64,000 bases of DNA from Candidatus Micrarchaeota archaeon. GTDB taxonomy: Archaea > Micrarchaeota > Micrarchaeia > Norongarragalinales > SBBD01. The translations under genes and the position numbers were made by a program. The notes beneath the pieces are model-generated. The model was not told where the DNA came from and made no database searches. It saw only the letters and a program-made list of their open reading frames with translations. Below are positions 46,501-53,309 of the stretch, piece after piece. Within the stretch, counting starts at the first letter, position 1. Every line of letters starts with the position of its first letter. The DNA is taken from contig JAHJQN010000007.1 of assembly GCA_018819225.1 (NCBI GenBank), positions 32,001 to 96,000 on the forward strand. Reading direction: 5' to 3'.

Positions 46501-46993
46501 CAGGATCGCGCTCCTGCAAATACTCGTACATGAAGTCGTAGGCGATCGCATGCGTCAAATAATACCATTCGCGATTGTCCGAACGATACCAGTTGTTGTC
46601 CTCTAACGGCTGCGTGGCAACAATGTTTTGAATATACGCGACCACTCGCTGCGCATAGGATTCCGCACTCGCAGGATCCGCGTCTTTCAAGAGCAGGTAC
46701 ACGATAGCCCACTGTTCTTTTCTTCCATGTGGTCCGTCGGCGGTCTCTCGCAGCAACGCGTATTGTTGAGCATGCGTCTGCCACTGCGCTTGTTGTCCTT
46801 GGGGGCAATCGGTTTGCAAGCCGATTCCAGCCCGGCACCTCCAAAGCGCCAGATTGGTCTCTACCCCAAACAGTTTGGGGTGCCCGGCCTTGAACTGCAA
46901 ATCAATTTCCGGAACGTATGCCTCGTACGTAACCGCTTGCACGACTGCAGACAGGAGAAACAACGCTAACAAGGACGCAGGAACGGCTCGCAT
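43559..46993 (-). CDS. Large membrane-anchored protein with heparinase II/III-like (polysaccharide lyase) architecture
   Basis: Signal peptide; HPKLF; helical region (AIAYDFMY); GGHDH..GHF.VFRG..L...AG.Y; FNTML; LAILDRV; WRIEV; 6-Cys module; PT linker; TM. Confidence 0.65.
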   Translation of the reverse strand: MRAVPASLLALFLLSAVVQAVTYEAYVPEIDLQFKAGHPKLFGVETNLALWRCRAGIGLQTDCPQGQQAQWQTHAQQYALLRETADGPHGRKEQWAIVYLLLKDADPASAESYAQRVVAYIQNIVATQPLEDNNWYRSDNREWYYLTHAIAYDFMYEYLQERDPGLLEEYAAWLRAENDFYNEGNGQCDKPGSHFGSTGGQACNPVLLMSLLLYEDAGIDTDQAFVNLLIDSYNYKMEDLRVLDAINYGGYSGYLHRSGLQDGDLAFAFNSIALNTNFFDLAPNHFRNVARWTVYSARDDFRSSDQTGDGESFGYILRDYVMLAGMYGTAFNQGWALWFVDKALMPEAQGGQYEKFKSDGWRYIVFLDKMLSREDPDQALEHALHLGDLTHADLDSSKFSFLRSDFQFGAMTADSLLVPVFGGPFSGGHDHGWNTGHFAVFRGVDALTTSAGFYEHTSTPHNKFFNSKSIAFNTMLIADPQSAYPVGGNTNMAREGIQFHDYDVPPSPSTRRCGNQFLEDRLNMKCWNGGVERFSDSRGDYGYVFMNTTFSYPNWPYSVDGPGGWPLGWAVNYSTRQFVMLGDAYLAILDRVKVADPSFKKSFVLHSRSLESPELIDGTFNGGTPAHPGARGGTPGEWSTSASGTYWDVGASRLYTHVIFPLQRRLLRVGGYDGRPETAMRLMAPASGGMLTIQVNSTQNVQAGDTILFSYLDQAVQNTQVRRVESVGTGSVTFKHALGSSSYPEGTEIVRVRFDSDESFDYYFRESETNYAMNLTTSVSGWGELAWEDGIPGLWRIEVEPEQSNEEEVFLSVLEPTDMAAAPSSVEPIDATEFAGVQVTSQNTRYAALFGKQERLYSSAAYTLPGGIGQIKHFVADLSPGVYSVSRDGNVLQAGIVVLGKSNVLGFGSDGGGTFIITSVPLPTCEEQGGNECGSNEQCNGNWVPSGDSDRCCVGECVIPSPTPSPTASPTPSASPTPIVTQPPNPGGGNGNGGGAYWTPTPEVTATLKPSPTPETPIVFVEVPLTNEEVEAALLELPSEDIETQEAHQMITQAKDLEESGQKEEAKTLWMKAKEKVTVLLAKARQNKASFNVWLAGFAALAIIAGAVYYSSTMHSSNKTDESREAQEEGSPEDGTQATENEQA

Positions 46994-47174
46994 ATTAAAC
47001 GCATGTGAACTGACTATATATATTTCTATTTATTTTCCTCCAATCGACTCGCGCGTTTTAGTTGAAGGGCGTTTCAGCTTCACTTACGCTCCAGTGATTT
47101 TAACCAACGCGCCTTTCCCCATTAGCAAGAAATCGGTTACAAACCATTTAATACCGCTCTTCAGTTCTTGTTTC

Positions 47175-48818
47175 ATGCGTTACCTTCGCAAGCGCCGTGC
47201 GTTCATCGCCGCCCCGTTAGTGGGCACCATGATCTTCTTGATCAGCCTCATGCTCATCATCGCCATCAATCGCGCGGAATCCGCGCGCGTCGACGAAATC
47301 GTTTCCCAAGCCTACCACAACCGCCTGGTTTCCCTCGTGGAAATTTTCCGTTCGGATTTGGGCAGCAACTTCAATCTCGGCCTTCAGAACACGATCGAGT
47401 ACGGTCTGACCTCGCAATGCTGGTTCAATTTGGCGAACCTGCGCACGGAAGCCTCGTATTCTGATGCGCTCGGTACTGTTATTTATCCTGTAGAGGTCGA
47501 TTTTGATGGTTCGGGAGGCGTTCCCGTCAATGCCGATACGCTTTGGCTCGACAATTACTTCCCTCCAGGAGATGACCGTTTGTCAGAAGCCGAGGAGCGC
47601 TACCACGTCTGCAGACGTTTCAAGAACATCATCCGCCAAGTCGTTTGCCCTTCCGTTACCGGCATGCAGGGACTCCCGCAGTGGGTGAGCACGTTCAGTC
47701 AAACGGTCTCGTTTGAAGGCATCCATTTCGAGATTGCAAATGTCGATTCCATTGATCAGTTCCAAGTACCCCCCAGCGGAGGCGCTGGCAGCACGTGCTA
47801 CCAACTCGTTCAATCCAGCACGTTCGATTGCAGGAACTTTGCTATCAAGGGTACGGACCCCGCTTCTTCCCACGATGAACGGTTCAAATGTTGCGAGATC
47901 GGTTCTCAAAATTCGCTTACTGGAGACTGCACTGATGCAGACAGCGACGGTTCCGTTGATTATTTACCGACCGGTTCCTGTACGAACGGCAATTTCATGG
48001 TGCCCATCGACATCGTTAACCTTAACGTGTTTCAATATCTTCCCCGAATCCAGGCAACGGATAACGCCGGCAACATCATTCGCGCGGGCGCCATTGCCGA
48101 CGAATCGTTTCAAGCCTCCGTAAACTATCCCCTCTTCAAATATTTGGATGCGGCATTTATTTTCAACCGTTATTTCGCTTACGGTCCTTCGGGAACCAAG
48201 CCCTCTAACAATCAGCCTGTTGCCACTGGAATCAACCGCGGCGTGTTATTCGGGGCGTGTGACGGCAACGGCGATCATGCCAACTACGGTTGCGACACCT
48301 TAAGTAAATTCTCGGGAATGCCAAACCCTCTGAATTTCCGCGTCAACACCGACGCCAATGCCGACGCCATAAAAGCGCAAACCATTGAAGCGTTTTACAA
48401 ACCCACGGGCATGCTCCAAACGGCGTGCGGTGCCGTTGCCGCTAATCCCTATAATTTGGATACGCGTTTCTGTATTGGTTCCACGTCTGCAGACGGCTGC
48501 ATGGATATAACTTCTCAGAACCCCAATCTCTACTTCATTGCCCCTAATCATCCCGATTTGAAGGAATGCACGGATTTTGCCGGTGTCACCGTAGCGAATC
48601 TTGGCGTATTCTCTGCATTTCCTTCATATATTGATACGCAGTTCCAGATCATTTCAGATCTTTGCGGAAGTCATGGGAGTAATCCGCAGTATTGCGCAGA
48701 CATTGAGCGCATGAGCCGCGGCGTCCTGTTCTTTGACCAACAATCCGAGAACTGGGTGGATGCATTCGTTCCCAATACGTTCTGCTGGTTTTCAGGCGTC
48801 TCGTTCGATCCTCCTTAA
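47175..48818 (+). CDS. Large Cys-rich secreted protein with class III (pilin-like) N-terminus
   Basis: MRYLRKRRA|FIAAPLVGTMIFLISLML; many Cys; start moved to ATG 47175. Confidence 0.7.
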   Translation: MRYLRKRRAFIAAPLVGTMIFLISLMLIIAINRAESARVDEIVSQAYHNRLVSLVEIFRSDLGSNFNLGLQNTIEYGLTSQCWFNLANLRTEASYSDALGTVIYPVEVDFDGSGGVPVNADTLWLDNYFPPGDDRLSEAEERYHVCRRFKNIIRQVVCPSVTGMQGLPQWVSTFSQTVSFEGIHFEIANVDSIDQFQVPPSGGAGSTCYQLVQSSTFDCRNFAIKGTDPASSHDERFKCCEIGSQNSLTGDCTDADSDGSVDYLPTGSCTNGNFMVPIDIVNLNVFQYLPRIQATDNAGNIIRAGAIADESFQASVNYPLFKYLDAAFIFNRYFAYGPSGTKPSNNQPVATGINRGVLFGACDGNGDHANYGCDTLSKFSGMPNPLNFRVNTDANADAIKAQTIEAFYKPTGMLQTACGAVAANPYNLDTRFCIGSTSADGCMDITSQNPNLYFIAPNHPDLKECTDFAGVTVANLGVFSAFPSYIDTQFQIISDLCGSHGSNPQYCADIERMSRGVLFFDQQSENWVDAFVPNTFCWFSGVSFDPP

Positions 48819-49288
48819 TTCACAACCATGCTTCTCAAGGCAATCAACACGACAGTCAGCAGCAATCCCGCTGCAAAAAACTTGAACGCGCCTCCCCAAT
48901 TCACGAAAACGGTTTCCTTTCCTCCAAAATCCCGCAGCACGCCTTGCCCCAACAATATGGCGGCATACGCGCCGAGGAGTTGCGGTATAACGAATACGTA
49001 ATCGTAAGCATGAACGGTTCCGGTTGAAAGCAGGCTCCCGAATTTTGCCCCTTCCAATCCCATGGCGATGGGCGCGCTCAACCCAAAGAACAACATGGAA
49101 AACAGGAACACGAAGAAGAACGCGTTCAATGTGCTTACCCAATCCCCTGCCTGAAACGCGTACGGCGGGTGAAAGGTTACGGCGGGGTTTTCAAGGAACG
49201 TCATGCTTCCCAAGTCAAAATTGCTGTAGGCGACGAACGTGGTTCCGATGACGAGTGCGAGAACGGATAGGATCGCCAAGAGGTTCAT
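48815..49288 (-). CDS. 4-TM membrane protein (possibly SpoIIM-like)
   Basis: Hydrophobic helices; 'IPQLLGAYAA..G'. Confidence 0.65.
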   Translation of the reverse strand: MNLLAILSVLALVIGTTFVAYSNFDLGSMTFLENPAVTFHPPYAFQAGDWVSTLNAFFFVFLFSMLFFGLSAPIAMGLEGAKFGSLLSTGTVHAYDYVFVIPQLLGAYAAILLGQGVLRDFGGKETVFVNWGGAFKFFAAGLLLTVVLIALRSMVVN

Positions 49289-49338
49289 ACGTTCTTTCTT
49301 CCTCTCCCGCGGCTTAAATGCTTTTCTCTCTCCCCGAA

Positions 49339-50025
49339 TTAGTAAACGATTTCCTTGAGCCGCTTCTTGATTTCATCCAAGCTCAGTTTCGTGATCAGCA
49401 ACGGTATGCCTTCGCTTTCCGCGATCTTGACTGCGAGCTTGTCCACTTCAGTCACGCCGTGCAGGATAATGACCGCTGGTTTGATGGGGGTGACGCGCAC
49501 CGCGATCATGGGGCTTCTTCCCGTGGACACATGCATGAAGATGAGCGCCCGCTCCGAGGTTCCGCTGTAGATTTTGATGAAGCTTTCGTACGGGAGTTCG
49601 AGAATCATCTTGATGCTGTCCAGAATCGTGCACCCGAAGATGTTGCGCTGTCCGAGTTTGTCTCCTACTGCAATCACTTTCGCTTCCATCATTTTACAGA
49701 ATTCTTTCGCGTTCACGGGTTTCAGGAAGTCAATGGCCTCGTAAAGCGCCTTGGTGTCCTCCACTTCCCGGAATTTTTTCGTGACTTCCCCGCCTTTCTG
49801 TGAATCAATTTCAAACAATGCATCGACGAACCGCCGGACTACCGCGATTCCCGGGCTTTTTCTGCGGTTGCTCTCGTAATCGCTGATCGTGGACGGCGAA
49901 ATTTTCAGGTAGTGGGACAACTCGGTTTGCGAGGTTCCAAACACTTCCCTCCATTTTTTCATGGTGCTGCCGGGGTCTTTCGATAGCGAGATTTCTCCGG
50001 CGATTTTAATTTTCAGGCTTTCCAT
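49339..50025 (-). CDS. Conserved archaeal XRE-HTH + DRTGG-like regulator
   Basis: IAGEI.LS..PG..MKKWRE.F..SQ..L..ISDYE..RRKSPG; VSTGRSPMIA.RV..KP. Confidence 0.9.
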   Translation of the reverse strand: MESLKIKIAGEISLSKDPGSTMKKWREVFGTSQTELSHYLKISPSTISDYESNRRKSPGIAVVRRFVDALFEIDSQKGGEVTKKFREVEDTKALYEAIDFLKPVNAKEFCKMMEAKVIAVGDKLGQRNIFGCTILDSIKMILELPYESFIKIYSGTSERALIFMHVSTGRSPMIAVRVTPIKPAVIILHGVTEVDKLAVKIAESEGIPLLITKLSLDEIKKRLKEIVY

Positions 50026-50093
50026 GCACTTCCTTTTTTCCGTTTCCCCTTAAAAAGACTTTGCTTCTTGTCGAAATCCAGTTCGTCATTCTT

Positions 50094-50606
50094 TTATAGT
50101 CGTTTGGTTGGCAGTCGAAACAGGCGCAATTTAGGCGTGTCCGCTGCCCCGATTTCTTGGGCTCCCCGCATGCGATAATACCTATGCAGTTTCGCATCGA
50201 GAGCATCGACATGAAAGTATGCATGCGAAAACTGTCGCGAAATACCTTCCCGTTTCACTGCTTCCAGCAACGCCCTTCCCGCGTTCGACCCTTCTTTTAC
50301 GGCTAATGCGTGGAAAAAGAAATGCGGTCCCTTTCTCCCTTTGAGTTCGCGTTCTTCAGCTGCCACGAATCCCACGACCGCGCCTTCCGTTTCCGCCACA
50401 AATCCCTTGACTCCTTCGCGCGCTAAGATATTTCGCGCTTCATCCGCTCCAGTAACCTTCCGATACCTTCCATTTTTTGGATCCGGCCTAAACACCTCAA
50501 TCTCTACATGCAATTTGCGTCTCATCGCCCTCAATCTCGGGAGTCTGAAACTCAACAATTTCCCGATTTCTTCCGCGTCTGCTCCGGTCGCTTCCCGTAT
50601 TTGCAT
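50094..50606 (-). CDS. GNAT acetyltransferase
   Basis: MQIREAT..D, FVAE...VVGF, LAV, GRALL, YY.MRG. Confidence 0.8.
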   Translation of the reverse strand: MQIREATGADAEEIGKLLSFRLPRLRAMRRKLHVEIEVFRPDPKNGRYRKVTGADEARNILAREGVKGFVAETEGAVVGFVAAEERELKGRKGPHFFFHALAVKEGSNAGRALLEAVKREGISRQFSHAYFHVDALDAKLHRYYRMRGAQEIGAADTPKLRLFRLPTKRL

Positions 50607-50618
50607 ATTGCGTATTCC

Positions 50619-51572
50619 CTACTGTTTCAACGGAGACGAATGCCCTTCTTCTTTAAACTCGATGAGATTGCTTCCAATCTCCATCAAATCCTCGGAATAC
50701 TCCGTAATCGCTTGCAATCGTTCCAATACGCCTTTCATTGCAATGGCATGACCGGCTTTCCGGCCATCCTTCATTAACGATTCCGTGGCCCGCTCCAGTT
50801 TTTCCTCCAATTGTTTCACGGCCACAAACCCTTTTTCAAAGTGTTTGCGCAAAAACAATGCCTCAAACCCGCTCCGGTAAACGGATTCCGCGTCATTCAA
50901 TAGCTTCAATACGTTCGGGTTCGGTGCGATGCTCTTTCCTTCCTCGCACGCCAGCTCCAACATATCCGCAATGTCTTCCAATGTTTTCGCAGCCAGTGTT
51001 TTATTCAACGCATCGTGCAAACTACCTTCCTCTTTGTGAGCGCTTCGCAACACCAGAAAATACAATCGGTCGGCTTCCTGTTCCCGACGCCTGATTTCCT
51101 CCAACCCCATCACGCGGCCCTCGAAAAACGCGTTCGCCGAATCAAACATGGCCAATACAACGGAATACAACCTGCGAATCGACTTATCCGTCGTAAACAC
51201 TTCTCCTTTGTGAAACACCTGCAGCTTGACCTCGTCACCCGCCACTTCCATGATTTCAAGCGCGCTTAAACGCAGCCTCGCTTCTTCACTTACCGCTGCC
51301 GCTAACGCTCCCTTTACTATGAGCGTATCAACCCCACTCACGTACGCGGCAATCACGTGCCTCAACGCGTTCTCTTCGTCGGTTCCCGTGTTAACGAGCC
51401 GCGTTTCCCGAACGGTTTTCCGAGAAGTCCGCATCGTCAAACTGCCGTCTGGATTCTCCCAAACATACGCGGGGCTTCCCGCGTTCAACCCCCGTGCCTC
51501 CGCCCATTTCTTCGGTAATGAAACGGTGAACGTACTCCCGCCTGTTTTCTGCACCCTACGAATATTTTCCAT
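50619..51572 (-). CDS. phoU: Phosphate-uptake regulator (AbrB DNA-binding domain + PhoU repeats)
   Basis: RRVQKTGGSTFTVSLPKKWA, IAAY.SG.D, E.EADRLYF, LE.IAD; start at ATG 51572. Confidence 0.88.
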   Translation of the reverse strand: MENIRRVQKTGGSTFTVSLPKKWAEARGLNAGSPAYVWENPDGSLTMRTSRKTVRETRLVNTGTDEENALRHVIAAYVSGVDTLIVKGALAAAVSEEARLRLSALEIMEVAGDEVKLQVFHKGEVFTTDKSIRRLYSVVLAMFDSANAFFEGRVMGLEEIRRREQEADRLYFLVLRSAHKEEGSLHDALNKTLAAKTLEDIADMLELACEEGKSIAPNPNVLKLLNDAESVYRSGFEALFLRKHFEKGFVAVKQLEEKLERATESLMKDGRKAGHAIAMKGVLERLQAITEYSEDLMEIGSNLIEFKEEGHSSPLKQ

Positions 51573-51590
51573 AAAATCCCCCAACCCATT

Positions 51591-51623
51591 CTATATATAT
51601 TATGGAGAAAAACTATATATATT
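51591..51623. promoter_or_regulatory. CTATATATATT direct repeats, 22 bp apart (divergent promoter or operator)
   Basis: Identical 11-mers at 51591 and 51613. Confidence 0.6.
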
Positions 51624-51645
51624 GCTTACTCTGAAAAGACTACTT

Positions 51646-51881
51646 GGCAGGAGAAGCCAAGAATTCGAGCGTCTCCCTCGCTAAAGAGGTAACGGGGCTT
51701 CCGCGCAAAACAAAGCCCGTCAGCATCGATATTCGGCTTTTGCTGCGAGCAATTCCGCGGGAAAAAAATAGGAATCCCCCGTGGAAGAGCCTAGGCGGTT
51801 TGGGCAGGGGAAAAACGGGTTCCGGTTCCGGGAATGAACGAACCGCGTGAAATCGGGTGCCCTCGAAGTTGCGCTCCTGCC
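51646..51881 (+). ncRNA. Unassigned ~236-nt structured RNA candidate
   Basis: Terminal helix GGCAGGAG/CTCCTGCC then TTCGAG/CTCGAA; several internal stems; G-U pairs favour the + strand; TATA-like box ~25 nt upstream. Confidence 0.55.
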
Positions 51882-51904
51882 CCCGCCGACTCCATTTCCC
51901 CCAA

Positions 51905-51957
51905 CTCTATATACTAATTTCATTTCTATATATACTATAATCTAAAAATATATATCT
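51905..51957. promoter_or_regulatory. Three TATATA-core boxes at ~21-bp spacing upstream of two small ORFs
   Basis: CTCTATATACT (51905), CTATATATACT (51926), AATATATATCT (51947). Confidence 0.55.
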
Positions 51958-52000
51958 CCGATTTCCGGGAATACGTTGGGGAAACCCCGAGGTGGCGGTC

Positions 52001-52078
52001 ATGGAACTTTGGTTGCTGGGCGCATTGCTGGTCGGCTGGATCATCTCCAGTAGCGACTTCGGCGAAGCCGGATTTTGA
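52001..52078 (+). CDS. 25-aa hydrophobic peptide MELWLLGALLVGWIISSSDFGEAGF
   Basis: GAGGTGG SD; single TM-like stretch; not in the ORF track. Confidence 0.5.
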   Translation: MELWLLGALLVGWIISSSDFGEAGF

Positions 52079-52088
52079 GGCGGTGGGC

Positions 52089-52202
52089 ATGTTGGAAATC
52101 GCTCCTTTTCTATTGCTGCTCGCCATCATTCTGCCGAGGATGATTTCCGAACGTCGGGGAAGCGCCTCGGCCGTACGCGGAAATGATCTGACGCGGTTCT
52201 AG
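52089..52202 (+). CDS. 37-aa hydrophobic peptide MLEIAPFLLLLAIILPRMISERRGSASAVRGNDLTRF
   Basis: GAGGCGGTG SD-like sequence overlapping the previous stop; N-terminal TM. Confidence 0.45.
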   Translation: MLEIAPFLLLLAIILPRMISERRGSASAVRGNDLTRF

Positions 52203-52262
52203 AAAAGAAAAAAAGAGACCACGCGCCGGCTGCTGCACCGGGGATGCGGCCGGCTATTCCAT

Positions 52263-52550
52263 TTAGCCGAGTACTTCCATTTTTCCGAATTTTCCTAGAG
52301 TCAACTGCGTTTTATCCTGCCACGAATTCACGTACCCGTTCGTAATCTGGATCTTGTTGCCCACCTGCACTTTGTCGATGTGGTCATTCCACAACACGAG
52401 CGTGATCGTGCCGGTCTCATCCTTCAACGTCGCGTTGGCAACGCGCAAGGTCCGTCCCGTCTTGTTGATTTCCCTGGGCGGTTCAATTTCCACGATTTCG
52501 GCTTCCAGGTCCACGTTGGACGTGCCGGTCTTCAAATCTTTAATCTGCAT
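52263..52550 (-). CDS. ssb: Single OB-fold ssDNA-binding protein (SSB/RPA)
   Basis: IKDLK.G..NVDL.A, VANATLKDETGTITLVLWND, I.NGYV, L.LGKFG; start ATG 52550. Confidence 0.92.
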   Translation of the reverse strand: MQIKDLKTGTSNVDLEAEIVEIEPPREINKTGRTLRVANATLKDETGTITLVLWNDHIDKVQVGNKIQITNGYVNSWQDKTQLTLGKFGKMEVLG

Positions 52551-52618
52551 ATATCCCACCTTTTTTTTCCAAATGAGTAGCAATCGTTATTGTTTCCTGC
52601 AGAACATTTATAATCCCT

Positions 52619-53029
52619 TTACCCCCTTTTTCGAAAAATTAATTTCATCCGTTGTTCCCCGTTTCTTGCTTCCGTTTCCCATTCTCCGGGATCGAATTCC
52701 CACGAGCCGGGCTCCGTATTCGCTCGCACCCCCTCCTCAAATGAACGCCTCTTTCCCTCCCCGAATTCCATTCGCATCATCCCCTCTTCCACCGAAAGAT
52801 TCGTGGCCGTAGAAAACGATACGGTCATCCGTAGGACGGTCCCCTTACCCAACGCTTCTGATTCTTTCAACAAGGAGACGATTTGCTGCCACGCCTGTTT
52901 CTGCTGTTGAATGCCTTGCGTTTCTTTCAGTGCCTCTTGCGCGTTTCCCACCACCGGCATCCACATAACCAGCACGCCCGCTACCGCGGCCGTCAGCACC
53001 AACAGCTCGAGGCTCACCTGGCATTTCAT
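52619..53029 (-). CDS. Pilin-like protein with class III signal (KC|QVSLE)
   Basis: MKCQVSLELLVL + hydrophobic helix; ATGA overlap with upstream pilin. Confidence 0.75.
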   Translation of the reverse strand: MKCQVSLELLVLTAAVAGVLVMWMPVVGNAQEALKETQGIQQQKQAWQQIVSLLKESEALGKGTVLRMTVSFSTATNLSVEEGMMRMEFGEGKRRSFEEGVRANTEPGSWEFDPGEWETEARNGEQRMKLIFRKRG

Positions 53030-53205
53030 TTGATTTTGTCGACTTGGTCCCACACGGCTTTCGTTTTTTTCTCGAGCGTGGCACTCCCCTCCTTTGCACT
53101 CTTCTGCAACTGCGTCACGAGCACGAGCGCCACGGCCACGAGTGCCGCAATCACGATAATCAATTCGGCCGAAATCTGCGCTTCTTGCTCTCTCCAAAAA
53201 CCCAT
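53026..53205 (-). CDS. 59-aa class III signal peptide pilin (EA|QISAE)
   Basis: MGFWREQEAQISAELIIVIAALVAVALVLVTQLQKSAKEG...; GGTGAGG SD; not in the ORF track. Confidence 0.8.
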   Translation of the reverse strand: MGFWREQEAQISAELIIVIAALVAVALVLVTQLQKSAKEGSATLEKKTKAVWDQVDKIK

Positions 53206-53309
53206 GCAGCCTCACCGTTCCGATTAGCTCTCCATCGGCCGCACGTTTGCCTTCGAATTCAAATAGTTATATCGTATCGGGTGCTAATAAATTTTTCGAA
53301 AGGGTGTTT

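Noticed and set aside
43483-47100. Integrated element at tRNA-Val
   Set aside because: No duplicate of the tRNA-Val 3' end and no integrase found by eye.
51646-51894. tmRNA, RNase P RNA, SRP RNA, group II intron or cobalamin riboswitch identity for the structured element
   Set aside because: Only fragmentary resemblances (GAATTCGAG, a YSAFAA reading not followed by a stop, CCCGCCGACTCCA); the diagnostic motifs of each class are missing.
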